This document shows positions 38,711-48,175 of a DNA stretch of 64,000 nt, one piece after another. The position numbers were made by a program, and so were the translations under genes. Numbering within the stretch: position 1 is the stretch's first letter; every line of letters starts with the position of its first letter. Source of the DNA: a virus; the IMG/VR virus record IMGVR_UViG_3300022752_004330, positions 49,690 to 113,689 of that record. One strand, 5' to 3'. The notes beneath the pieces were generated by a model that worked only from the letters and a program-made list of their open reading frames with translations, did not search any database and was not told where the DNA came from.

Positions 38711-38778
38711 ATAGAAATCTACTATAAATTTAAGTTTTTTAATGAATTTTTTTAATAAGGTTAATAGATAATATTAAT
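38711..38778. promoter_or_regulatory. OxyR-like binding region upstream of ahpC
   Basis: ATAG-N7-CTAT at 38711-38725; ATGA-N7-TAAT-N7-ATAG-N7-TAAT at 38742-38778. Confidence 0.55.
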
Positions 38779-38780
38779 AG

Positions 38781-38805
38781 AAAAATAGGGCCCTAAGGCC
38801 CTATT
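38781..38805 (-). terminator. intrinsic terminator of tmRNA
   Basis: AATAGGGCC-TTAG-GGCCCTATTTTT. Confidence 0.85.
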
Positions 38806-39066
38806 GGTTTGTTGGCTTACAAGGTCTTTCCTACCCCGCGGAGGTTACGCCGCTAGGCGAACTTCTCCGAAGTAATCGTCATTTGCGATTATTTGCTTTG
38901 CTAGAATTACGTTCTTCGCCTATCGTGTTGTCCACTCTGTTACTCTTTGCCCTGTCGAAAACCATAGTCACCCCCACCTAAACATACCTCAATACATTTA
39001 GGTGGAGATGGCCGGAGTCGAACCGGCGTCCAGAACACCTTTCTCTTTGCTTCATACAACAATATC
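38806..39066 (-). ncRNA. ssrA: circularly permuted two-piece tmRNA
   Basis: Acceptor piece (GCCGG-TTCGACT-CCGGC-CATCTCC-ACC) precedes a hairpin spacer and the 5' piece GGGGGTG at 38975; G3-U70; tag ANDDYFGEVRLAA* at 38886-38845. Confidence 0.93.
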
Positions 39067-39261
39067 TTACTTCTTTGGTTCTAATAAATTAAAATGTCTA
39101 CGTATAACAGGAGTAGCGGGCAGATTAACCTGCCACGCTGTATCTGCTATTTCAGCACATTCTTCTGCTATCATTTCTGCAAAAAGTTCTATGCTTTCTG
39201 AGTATTCTACTCCTGCACGATCTGCTATTGCTTTAAGTCTAGCATTAACTGCTGTATACAT
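39067..39261 (-). CDS. hypothetical protein
   Basis: ELFAEMIAEEC pattern common in phage small proteins. Confidence 0.6.
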   Translation of the reverse strand: MYTAVNARLKAIADRAGVEYSESIELFAEMIAEECAEIADTAWQVNLPATPVIRRHFNLLEPKK

Positions 39262-39309
39262 TACTTACCTGAAGGAACCTTACCTTCTACACCTTCGATT
39301 ACTTTGAAA

Positions 39310-39642
39310 TCATTGTGTCGCTCTAACAAGCACTTCTTGTTGAACACCATTTACGACCATAATTTGCTTATTATAAACTACTCCGTCTATTACAACTTGA
39401 GTCTGTTGAATATATTGGGGTTGTTGAATCACTAAAGGCTGTTCGATAATGTATGGTCTAGTCACGGCGTAGGCAACAGCACCTCCTACCAATGCAGGAA
39501 CCACCCAACTATGATTATGATGCCAGTGATGATGTCTATGTCCATGTCCATGTCCATGGTGCCTGTGAAATCCGTTAGCTGAAGCTAAAGAAGAAAATGT
39601 TAAAAATAATGCTGCTAAAAAACCTGTAACTAGTTGCTTCAT
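39310..39642 (-). CDS. exported His-rich protein
   Basis: Signal peptide, HHGHGHGHRHHHWHHNH, WVVPALVGG. Confidence 0.75.
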   Translation of the reverse strand: MKQLVTGFLAALFLTFSSLASANGFHRHHGHGHGHRHHHWHHNHSWVVPALVGGAVAYAVTRPYIIEQPLVIQQPQYIQQTQVVIDGVVYNKQIMVVNGVQQEVLVRATQ

Positions 39643-39696
39643 AATTATCTCCTAGATAATATTATTAACGCCTTAAAAGAAAAAACGTTGACAGAC

Positions 39697-39780
39697 TCTA
39701 TAGGGCGTGTGGGTCCTCTGTTTAGACATATGAGCCTTACACTCATACAGGTTTAGCTACGCTTCCTTACCCCTACTAGA
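39697..39780 (-). ncRNA. candidate structured ncRNA
   Basis: GC-rich intergenic stretch with nested pairings directly after an ATAAATA motif. Confidence 0.4.
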
Positions 39781-39793
39781 TCTAATATTTATT

Positions 39794-40336
39794 TTAAACA
39801 GGTTGACCGTTAGAGTCAACCTCTATCCAAGAATAGTCCCCTAACCATTTAACCTGACAAATGTATTCATACTCTACGGGAACGCCTGTACACCAGTCGT
39901 TCGGACCTAATAGACTCAACCTTGTGCAATCTTTCTTTTTATCGTATAGAAGCCAATAGATATTGCCGTGAAAAATTTGAAATTGGTACTCGGCAGCATG
40001 AACCCAATCTGTAACTTCTAATCTACGCTTAATTTGGGTGGCCTGTTTTTGTAACACGGCAACCATTTCCATTATGCGGTTATATTCTTGTTCTGCATGT
40101 AACCGTGCTACATTGACCATGATGTCCTTTTGTTTGGTCACAGGGACCAGATCAAAGGAGGGACCTCCTACTTCTGTAGGATAAGGAGTAACATTTCGGT
40201 TGAAAAAATTAACCAACCCGCCGCCGACAGTGATATCAAAACTATCTCTCCCTTTGGCAGAGTTGGGCTTTTGATCACCAGCTTGAGTTTGAATTTTCTG
40301 AGAGTCTGGTGTAGTTGAGGACATTACCTTGCCCAT
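39794..40336 (-). CDS. DUF2452-like protein
   Basis: PYPTEVGGPSF, AEYQF, GNIYWL, LSLLGP.DW, DYSW. Confidence 0.7.
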   Translation of the reverse strand: MGKVMSSTTPDSQKIQTQAGDQKPNSAKGRDSFDITVGGGLVNFFNRNVTPYPTEVGGPSFDLVPVTKQKDIMVNVARLHAEQEYNRIMEMVAVLQKQATQIKRRLEVTDWVHAAEYQFQIFHGNIYWLLYDKKKDCTRLSLLGPNDWCTGVPVEYEYICQVKWLGDYSWIEVDSNGQPV

Positions 40337-40442
40337 ATTGTGCTTCGCCTAGTGCTTTGGCTTCCCAATCATTATTAGCATAGATACGAGTATGAGCAGT
40401 TTGATAACTATTAATCCTAACCCAAAGTTCATAAAGATACAT
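40275..40442 (-). CDS. small early protein (55 aa, not in ORF track)
   Basis: MYLYELWVRINSYQTAHTRIYANNDWEAKALGEAQYG...; GGAG SD; TTGACT-17-TATACT at 40474-40502. Confidence 0.65.
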   Translation of the reverse strand: MYLYELWVRINSYQTAHTRIYANNDWEAKALGEAQYGQGNVLNYTRLSENSNSSW

Positions 40443-40502
40443 AATATTGCTCCAAGTTGTTTACTGTACTTATAGTATATGACAAAAACTAGTCTAAGTC
40501 AA

Positions 40503-41408
40503 CTAGGCGTTACTTAAATCATACAGCCCCTGCACACCGGGACCTTGGCAATTTTTATCGTTCATATAAGTGAAACATTGTCCTCGATTACCAGACCTAT
40601 TAAAACTTATATGATGCCACGGCTTTCCTGTTCCTGTTGTCTTGTATTCAAGTATGAACTGATCATATGGAACATTGGCCTTGACCCATTGAGCTCGTGT
40701 GTAATAATCGGATTTACTCGCACTGGCATATTGAATATCCATGGCCATGCCTCTGGGATGTTGACTTGTAGGACTACCTACTCCTCCTTTTCTGAATGAA
40801 CAGGTTATAAAAGCATCGGGAAACTGCGTCTTAATTGGGACCCAACAATTAACCACTAATGCTTTGAGATTATCACAGACATCTTGTACAGGTACTCCGT
40901 TTTCCGGAGCCACTGTGGCAACATCGTACGGAAATATAACACCAGGTTGTTTAGTAACAGTTTTTACATATATCGTTGAAGTAGTAGTTTGTCCAGGAGG
41001 AATTGATGTCCAAACATATAATATTGTATCGTCAATTACGGAATCTAAATTACTGGCTGTGGTAGCTGAGCCAGCACTAGCGGTGCCAACTGTTGGATCG
41101 CTAGCAACTGGATTAGCTCCTGCCCCATCACCACGTTTTAAATCTGCTTGGCTAATAACACCTTTTTCTATTAATATTTTTTGTTGTTGAGTAACAGAAT
41201 ATTCGTCGCTGGTTTCTCCTTCTACTGCTTCTTGAGCTTCTTTTTCTTTTTCATATTCTGCACTAGTTGTAATTGCACTCATAGATTGCATGACCAATGC
41301 GTCCGTCCCCCCTTGCTGTAACCAAAGTGCTATGGGTACAAAATTAGCAAATACATTATTGCTATGGTATACATCGTTTAATCTACCAGTTCCAGGAACG
41401 TAGGGCAT
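40503..41408 (-). CDS. peptidase M15A-domain virion protein
   Basis: ITCSFR, SQHPRGMAMDI, DQFILEY, WHHISF. Confidence 0.8.
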   Translation of the reverse strand: MPYVPGTGRLNDVYHSNNVFANFVPIALWLQQGGTDALVMQSMSAITTSAEYEKEKEAQEAVEGETSDEYSVTQQQKILIEKGVISQADLKRGDGAGANPVASDPTVGTASAGSATTASNLDSVIDDTILYVWTSIPPGQTTTSTIYVKTVTKQPGVIFPYDVATVAPENGVPVQDVCDNLKALVVNCWVPIKTQFPDAFITCSFRKGGVGSPTSQHPRGMAMDIQYASASKSDYYTRAQWVKANVPYDQFILEYKTTGTGKPWHHISFNRSGNRGQCFTYMNDKNCQGPGVQGLYDLSNA

Positions 41409-41701
41409 TAATATCTTCCTATATCTATGCCTGTTGTGCTGCTTATATATTGATCAGCAGCATCTTTCTTACATTCTACCATGGCCAGTATATGAGAATG
41501 TTTAATTTGCACTGTGTCTTTACCACCTAAGAATAACCAAGGAATCATACCAATTCCTTTACTACTCAGTGTAGCGGCTAACGGCTGGTTTACTTCTATA
41601 TATTCTTTCGTTTCATTGTCTAAACGACCAATAATTTCTTCGCCTGAAATTAATTTGCAACAAATTATATCACCTTTAGAAACAGTTTTAGACATTAACA
41701 T
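41408..41701 (-). CDS. conserved phage protein, Sm-like fold possible
   Basis: KLISGEEIIG...PW...Y...TTGI. Confidence 0.7.
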   Translation of the reverse strand: MLMSKTVSKGDIICCKLISGEEIIGRLDNETKEYIEVNQPLAATLSSKGIGMIPWLFLGGKDTVQIKHSHILAMVECKKDAADQYISSTTGIDIGRY

Positions 41702-42222
41702 TATTCTTCTTCTTCCTTCGGTGGTTTATCACATAGAGCTTCTAGAGTTTTGTAGTGTTGGTATGCTTTTTTCAGTGCTTCATAATGAGCTAGTTTTTCT
41801 GGGTCTGGTACAAGAATAGATAATCTACGTTCTATGGTTTCTAACATTTCACCAAGGCTACGACCTTTCCATTTAATATCGCCATCAATTTCTGCATCAC
41901 CATTTACCTTTAGAGTAGATTGACCGGTCCCACCACTTCCCCATGAATAAGTAGGCCCGGTATTGCTGATTGTAATATTTCCTGCGCTGTAAGGCATGGC
42001 GCTAATTTGCTGTGTGGTCAAAGGCTGCAAAGAGGGCCAATTTCCGTAATTATTATAAGTAGTATTAGCTGTAGATGACATCTCATTATTATAACTTATA
42101 TCTATATCTTTTATAAGATCATCTAAATTCAATGTAGATATCTTAGTTAGACTTAAATTATCAAGGTTTATGTCAGAGTCGTGGTCTGCTGAAATTATAA
42201 AGTTATCCCTGTTATCATCCAT
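41701..42222 (-). CDS. hypothetical protein
   Basis: IERRLSIL.P...YEALKKAY..YK.LE. Confidence 0.65.
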   Translation of the reverse strand: MDDNRDNFIISADHDSDINLDNLSLTKISTLNLDDLIKDIDISYNNEMSSTANTTYNNYGNWPSLQPLTTQQISAMPYSAGNITISNTGPTYSWGSGGTGQSTLKVNGDAEIDGDIKWKGRSLGEMLETIERRLSILVPDPEKLAHYEALKKAYQHYKTLEALCDKPPKEEEE

Positions 42223-42439
42223 TCAAGTTCTCCTTGAGTTCAGTAAAGCCTCCGATTAATTTGCCATCAAGAAAGATCTGTGGAACTGTTTTTGCCAAGG
42301 GTACTGCTTCTAATAAATCTTCTTTAGTCCATCCGTCGCCGATTTTTCTTTCTTCAAATTCAATGCCCCTTTGCTTTAACAGGGCTTTAGCTTGGTCACA
42401 GTACGGACAATGATATTTACTCCAGATGATTGCTTTCAT
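42215..42439 (-). CDS. glutaredoxin
   Basis: CPYC, TVPQIF, IGGF. Confidence 0.95.
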   Translation of the reverse strand: MKAIIWSKYHCPYCDQAKALLKQRGIEFEERKIGDGWTKEDLLEAVPLAKTVPQIFLDGKLIGGFTELKENLNG

Positions 42440-42447
42440 GTTTCTCC

Positions 42448-43551
42448 TTATAGATCTGGAAGATCAGCGTAATGAACTACATCACTCATAATACCTATAA
42501 CATAATTTGTGCTTTCATTTTCTTGTAACGCTGTTTGTTTCTTGTTTATATTTACATGTTTATTGAACCAGGGTATTGGATTTGTTTTAGGATGATCTTC
42601 TACATATTTTATATTGATATCTTTCAGTTTCATAAAGGCTGTATAATCTACGAAATCTCTTAAAATTCCTGCATTTAATCCAATTACTACTCCCTTGCTA
42701 AACAGGTACTCTGCCCAGGTTTTTTCTTCTCTAATGACATCCAAATACATCTTGTATACTTCTTGTTCACATTCCTGTTTGGCCTGTCCGAATCTTTCAT
42801 CTTCTTTTACCACTTGGTTTATGATCCAAGCGGTCCATTCTGCATGTAGAATTTCATCTTGTAGAATTAATGCTATGATATTGCCGTTGCCAATAAAGAT
42901 TTTATTCTCTACCATGGCTAGGCTTGTAGCAAAAGATACCATAAAGCGAAATGCTTCTAATGCATAGCTAGCATTCAGTGCTAGCCAGATAGCCTTGACA
43001 TGTTCTTTTTCGTTAACTGATTCTGGATTTACTTCTTTTAAACTATTGAGTCTATGAAGGTTATCATAATAATCACCAACACTGCTTGCCATGTCAACAA
43101 TTTCTTTAGTGTCGTGTATCTTGTTAAATTCTTCTTTTGGAACTCCATAAACATTACGTATAATATGACTATAACTTTTGCTATGAATATTGGTTTCGAA
43201 AAAACTCCAATTACTTACTAATGCTTCGAGCTCAGGTATACTTATGACCGGACTAAACACTTGGCCAGGGGCTCTACCTTGAATACTGTCCAACGCAGTT
43301 TGGCGCAGTAGATTACTTGTAAAGATATGTTTTACAGCGTCGGTAGCATCTTTCATATCTATTTTATCTTTGGTCAGAGAAATTTCCTCAGGCACCCAAA
43401 AAAAACCTCTGGCCAATGCTTCGAAATTTTGTAGTTTAGGATATTTTACTTCTTCAAATCTTTGTACTGTAACTGGCCCTTCGGAATCTAAAAACATTTT
43501 TCTTTTTAAATAATTAGGGCGTTTGGAAATATCATATTGTGCTTTGCTCAT
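42448..43551 (-). CDS. nrdB: ribonucleotide reductase class Ia beta subunit
   Basis: FFWVPEE, DSIQGR, ETNIHSKSY, EAFRFMVSF, DEILH, QENESTNY. Confidence 0.95.
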   Translation of the reverse strand: MSKAQYDISKRPNYLKRKMFLDSEGPVTVQRFEEVKYPKLQNFEALARGFFWVPEEISLTKDKIDMKDATDAVKHIFTSNLLRQTALDSIQGRAPGQVFSPVISIPELEALVSNWSFFETNIHSKSYSHIIRNVYGVPKEEFNKIHDTKEIVDMASSVGDYYDNLHRLNSLKEVNPESVNEKEHVKAIWLALNASYALEAFRFMVSFATSLAMVENKIFIGNGNIIALILQDEILHAEWTAWIINQVVKEDERFGQAKQECEQEVYKMYLDVIREEKTWAEYLFSKGVVIGLNAGILRDFVDYTAFMKLKDINIKYVEDHPKTNPIPWFNKHVNINKKQTALQENESTNYVIGIMSDVVHYADLPDL

Positions 43552-43574
43552 CAGTGTGTCTCCTTTTTTATTTC

Positions 43575-45926
43575 CTACAACTTGCACGATTCACAATCTT
43601 CTACATCGTAATTCTCATATAGTACTATGTTATCGGCTGCTGATATAAAATTATTACTCATATAATTTGTGGTATTAGTATTGGTAACATTTGCTTTGGC
43701 TCCGATCTTATTGATAAGGCTGTAATAGATTGTCTTTATACCCCATTTATAAGCGAGCATTAAATTTTTGGCAATCAGTGTTCCTGGAACTTTACCGTCT
43801 TGAAAATATGCCGGATTATAAAATGTATTAGTAGAAAGACTTTGATCTATATACACAGCCAAGACTGCTGCTGTTTTTAGATAACCTAGACAATCTTTTT
43901 GGTCCCACATGAGCTGATATCTATTCTTTAATCTTTTATATTCTGGAACCACTTGGACAAAACTTCCTGCCTTGCTTTCTTTTACAGAAATTAGTTCCAT
44001 TGGCATCTCAATACCATTGGTTGAATTCAATACTACTGAACTACTTTCAACCGGAGCTACTGCCATTAATGTACCATTGCGAATACCATATTGCTTTATT
44101 TTTTCACGTAAAGACTCCCAATCCATACTGGGGGTGAAATCAGTTAATTCATTAACTCCCTGAGCTCTGCGTTCCCAGGGAAATATACCTTTACCATAGT
44201 AGGTATAAGATGACCGCTTACATGGGCCACGTTCTTGTGCTAGTTCAACACTGGTTTCTGTAAGATAGTATGCCTGATGCTCCATCCATCGTTTGACTTC
44301 TGCTAGACTATCTTTCTCACCGTATTTTAAATTACGTCTAGCGTGCCAATAGGCAAGATTGGTTATGCCTACTCCTAATGGTTCAAAGTCTTTGTTGGCC
44401 AATTCGCTTTGTATACTAAGAAAATCTTGATAGTTAAGTAAGTTACTTAATGAGCGGACCAATACCCTACAGGCTTTGCGCATATCCTGAGGATTACGGA
44501 AGGCACCCCAGTTGATCGACCCAAGAGTGCAAAGAGCAATTCGTCCATTAGGATCTTCAATTCTTTGGAAAGGCTTCGTGGGTAGTAATATCTCTTGGCA
44601 TAGATTGGACTGATATATCGGATCAATGCTTGTATCAAACGGTCCCTGTTGGATAACGTTGTCGATATTGACCAAATAAATTCTACCCGTATCAGTACGT
44701 TCTTTAAGGATACCATTTTTGAATATTTCATCTGCCGGTAATACTTTTTTCTTTTTTGTCTTATCTTGTTCATAGCGCAGATAAAGTCTTTCAAATTCGT
44801 TTGAGTCTCTATAGTATGCTTCATATAAATCCGGTACTTCGTGAGGATCAAACAAGGTTATCATTTCATTGTGTTTGTACCTGCGCCAAAACATCGCATT
44901 TACCACCACACTGTAATCCATTTGTCGAACTCGCGTTTCTTCAGTTCCCTGATTGTTCTTAAGTACAATGAGGTCTTCAAACTGATAATGCCATATGGGA
45001 AATGTCACTGTACAACTTGCGTTACGGATACCACCTTGACTACATGATCGCAGGTCACTAAACCATTTTTTCAAAAATGGTATCATGCCTGTATGTTTAA
45101 TTTCTCCGTTTCGTATAGGAGAACCTAGTGGTCTAATACGTCCAATCTCTAAACCAATGCCTGCACGTTTGCTGGCATACTTGGCCATCATTTCGCCAGC
45201 AGCGAATATGCTATCAAGGGTATCATCGCTACTGATAAGAACGCAACTACTGAACTGTTTAGTAGTAGTGCCAAGCCCAGCAAGCACAGGGGTGGCAAGA
45301 GTGAAATGACCATCTGAAGCGCACTCATAGTAATCCTTAACGTACTTTAATCTCTTATCTTTAGCCTCGGCATGAAAAGCAGTGGCCGCTGCTATGGCAT
45401 AACGTACCTGTGGTGTTTCATAAATTTTTCCTGTACTGCGATTCTGTACCAAATACTTTTCGCAAAGTTGTGCTATGGCAGCATAGGTATAATTTTCGTC
45501 CTTGCTGTGATCTATGAATAGTTCGATAATCTTCCATTCTTCCTCTGTATACCACTCTACTAGTTCTTTTGTATACATTCCTAATTGAACATTGTTCTTT
45601 ATGATATCATAAAGAGGTATAGGATCATATTCTCCATAGACTTCTTTTCTTAACATGCTGAGTCTTTGGCGACCTGCGACATATTGGTAATTTACATTAT
45701 TATATTCTGGGTTTTCACTTTCATCTATAAGGCCGACCATGGCCTGCAATAGCAGTTCATCAATAGTACTTGTTGTTATTCCATCATGTAGTTCTAACTG
45801 TGCTCGTAGCTCAATCATACTTGGACTCACACCATCTATTCCTCTACAACATAGTGCTACTTGTCTTTGTATCTTACTAATGTCAAGAGGAACGCGAGTT
45901 CCATTACGTTTCACTACTGTAATCAT
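43575..45926 (-). CDS. nrdA: ribonucleotide reductase class Ia alpha subunit
   Basis: ATP cone, QFSSCVL, SNLCQEI, LCTL, APVESSS, C-terminal CESCKL. Confidence 0.97.
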   Translation of the reverse strand: MITVVKRNGTRVPLDISKIQRQVALCCRGIDGVSPSMIELRAQLELHDGITTSTIDELLLQAMVGLIDESENPEYNNVNYQYVAGRQRLSMLRKEVYGEYDPIPLYDIIKNNVQLGMYTKELVEWYTEEEWKIIELFIDHSKDENYTYAAIAQLCEKYLVQNRSTGKIYETPQVRYAIAAATAFHAEAKDKRLKYVKDYYECASDGHFTLATPVLAGLGTTTKQFSSCVLISSDDTLDSIFAAGEMMAKYASKRAGIGLEIGRIRPLGSPIRNGEIKHTGMIPFLKKWFSDLRSCSQGGIRNASCTVTFPIWHYQFEDLIVLKNNQGTEETRVRQMDYSVVVNAMFWRRYKHNEMITLFDPHEVPDLYEAYYRDSNEFERLYLRYEQDKTKKKKVLPADEIFKNGILKERTDTGRIYLVNIDNVIQQGPFDTSIDPIYQSNLCQEILLPTKPFQRIEDPNGRIALCTLGSINWGAFRNPQDMRKACRVLVRSLSNLLNYQDFLSIQSELANKDFEPLGVGITNLAYWHARRNLKYGEKDSLAEVKRWMEHQAYYLTETSVELAQERGPCKRSSYTYYGKGIFPWERRAQGVNELTDFTPSMDWESLREKIKQYGIRNGTLMAVAPVESSSVVLNSTNGIEMPMELISVKESKAGSFVQVVPEYKRLKNRYQLMWDQKDCLGYLKTAAVLAVYIDQSLSTNTFYNPAYFQDGKVPGTLIAKNLMLAYKWGIKTIYYSLINKIGAKANVTNTNTTNYMSNNFISAADNIVLYENYDVEDCESCKL

Positions 45927-45959
45927 TTTCTGTACCCTTTATTCTTTTTAGATTTCTAT

Positions 45960-46394
45960 TTACCTTGGTGTATTAATTATAACCATATTTTGCAGGTATA
46001 ATCCACCAGGAATAAAATCAACATCAATCGGACCAGTATCGTCATAATTTAATACTTTTTTACCATCCACATATATTAAATTATATTCTCTAAATCTGTG
46101 TTTGTCTATGACAGTGTGTAATTCAATAGAACTTTGATGAAATTTGTTAGATAATTTTAATGTCCAAGCTATCATTAATGATTTAGTGAAATCATCATAC
46201 TTATTTTCTTCCAATATTTCCCAAGGTGTGGGCCATGATTGTTGGTTATATGGATCCACATATCTATTAAATGGAATAAAAGGTGCTTTGTTCCAAAATT
46301 CTTGTACTTCTTCAAAAGGTCGAGTCGAGGAGTTGAGATTGTTTCTCAACTCTATCCAGCTATTCAATCTTACATCGTATGGTCGGTCAAACAT
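45960..46394 (-). CDS. hypothetical protein
   Basis: WPTPWE motif; coupled to upstream gene. Confidence 0.65.
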   Translation of the reverse strand: MFDRPYDVRLNSWIELRNNLNSSTRPFEEVQEFWNKAPFIPFNRYVDPYNQQSWPTPWEILEENKYDDFTKSLMIAWTLKLSNKFHQSSIELHTVIDKHRFREYNLIYVDGKKVLNYDDTGPIDVDFIPGGLYLQNMVIINTPR

Positions 46395-48133
46395 TATAAA
46401 ACAATTTTTGTTTGATAAGCTATCTCTAGTTGTCCTTTTCCTCCAGATACCACGGGCGGATTAATAAGAATAATTTCAATCATTGAATATTCTTCGTAAG
46501 TCACAGCTCCCCAATAATATGCACCATCACTCACAGCGTAGGTAAAATTATCTGTGATTTTAACTATAGGATCATTTACATTGGTCTGGCTTGGAGTAAT
46601 ATCAAATAATACTTCCCCTACTCTATCTACGTAATTTGAGCCTGTACTAGATATTGTAGTATATTTTATATTAACACCATTAGGAAATCCAGTAATAGGC
46701 AATCTCATAATGGTAGCAGTTGTATCTGTTGGAATTACCTTGCTTTTCATGTAGTCGTTGTTCAACACAGCACGACCTTCAATTAAGTCATTATATACAA
46801 CTGTGCCTGTTGTTAAAGAATCTTGATAGTCCTGCCTGTTAAAATAATCATTTACACTGGCATTACCTTTACTATTGAAAGTAATCACTGCTGTGCCTGT
46901 GCTATAGGTTTCTCCTATACTAGGGATTCTATTACCTACATTAACAAATGAGTTATTTTTACTAATTATAGAACTGATTAATGTGCTGGTTGAAGTCCCT
47001 GCAAAAATAGCCTGTCTGTTAATTTTGAAAAATTTATTATTGTCTATTAAAATATTAGCAGGGCCTGTGGTAGCAGAAGCATCTACAGGATTATTAAATT
47101 CAATTCCTCTTTCTAACAAAGTAAGATGACTATCTCTTATAACAATATTGTTTACATCATAATTAGATTTTACACCGGCATATAGGTTAATCATTTCGCA
47201 ATTTTCTATCGAAACATGATTTGTTGTAATAGACGAATAACCCCTCATATTAATACCTACATAACCAGTGTTAGAGCTGGTACTGAACATATTTCCTTGA
47301 AATTTAACATCGCGTATCACAGCATGATCTGCACAATCTAATGAAACAATACCATTGGTACCTGTGACTCCAGTTGTCGAGTCAAACTTTAATGTCATAC
47401 CTTGAATTAATACATTGCTTGCAGCTTTAGTGAACGCTGTAGGTGTATTGTCAAAATGAGTGAATAATAGATCACTTATATCATCGGCCTCTGGATTGCT
47501 TAACTTATCTATAGTTTGAAAAATACAACCACCATTACTTGTTCCTGTTGTGGTTCTATTAATAATAGTTTTGTCAATTCCCTCTCCAACTATTGTGGCA
47601 TTGGCTGGCAAAAAAATTGTACTGTTGATGTTATACTTTCCTGCAGGAAAAAATAAAACCTTGGCTGCTGGAGTGGTACCTGTGGTAATTGCATATGCAC
47701 TACTGGCGTTGGTTAGAAATAATCTGTTAACTGCTAATTGAATAATTTCTGTTGTAACTGTACTGTTCCAATCGTCTTGTTTTAAAAAATTTTTAATACT
47801 AACGAAATCGTCTAATCTATCGTTTACTGTCCTTACAACAGCCGTTGCTGTGGTAGCTGTGTAAAAACTTGTGATTGGGGGGTTGGTTAAATATCTGTAA
47901 GTATACGAACTAGTGCTAGGTTCGCTGGTTATTGAGAAAAAATTTCTTAAATCATTCTCAGTTAATACCCTAATGTTGGCATCTCTGGCACCACCGTCTT
48001 GTCTGCGTAATCCTATATATAATTGTTCTGTATCAGCGGCCCATGCAAATTCACCGCCGTCCAAAGGAGGAACACCAGTTTGGTTTTCTTGTCCTCTTCG
48101 AACTTGAAGTTTACTAATTTCAATAACAGCCAT
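46394..48133 (-). CDS. tail/baseplate protein with beta-helix domain
   Basis: N-terminal QVRRG...LDGGEFAWAADT..LYIG; RLDDFVSIKNF; LFFPAGKY. Confidence 0.75.
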   Translation of the reverse strand: MAVIEISKLQVRRGQENQTGVPPLDGGEFAWAADTEQLYIGLRRQDGGARDANIRVLTENDLRNFFSITSEPSTSSYTYRYLTNPPITSFYTATTATAVVRTVNDRLDDFVSIKNFLKQDDWNSTVTTEIIQLAVNRLFLTNASSAYAITTGTTPAAKVLFFPAGKYNINSTIFLPANATIVGEGIDKTIINRTTTGTSNGGCIFQTIDKLSNPEADDISDLLFTHFDNTPTAFTKAASNVLIQGMTLKFDSTTGVTGTNGIVSLDCADHAVIRDVKFQGNMFSTSSNTGYVGINMRGYSSITTNHVSIENCEMINLYAGVKSNYDVNNIVIRDSHLTLLERGIEFNNPVDASATTGPANILIDNNKFFKINRQAIFAGTSTSTLISSIISKNNSFVNVGNRIPSIGETYSTGTAVITFNSKGNASVNDYFNRQDYQDSLTTGTVVYNDLIEGRAVLNNDYMKSKVIPTDTTATIMRLPITGFPNGVNIKYTTISSTGSNYVDRVGEVLFDITPSQTNVNDPIVKITDNFTYAVSDGAYYWGAVTYEEYSMIEIILINPPVVSGGKGQLEIAYQTKIVL

Positions 48134-48175
48134 AAATTATCCCCATGATAGGGTATTTATCAGGTCAGCACATGA

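Noticed and set aside
39001-39032. Stand-alone tRNA gene or integration-site remnant
   Set aside because: The T-arm and acceptor strand belong to the permuted tmRNA; the matching 5' strand and tag frame lie downstream
39002-39307. Plus-strand ORF MEMAGVEPAS
   Set aside because: Typical antisense shadow of a tmRNA/tRNA T-arm
42448-45926. Introns or inteins in nrdA/nrdB
   Set aside because: Both frames are continuous and of normal length, with no splicing motifs
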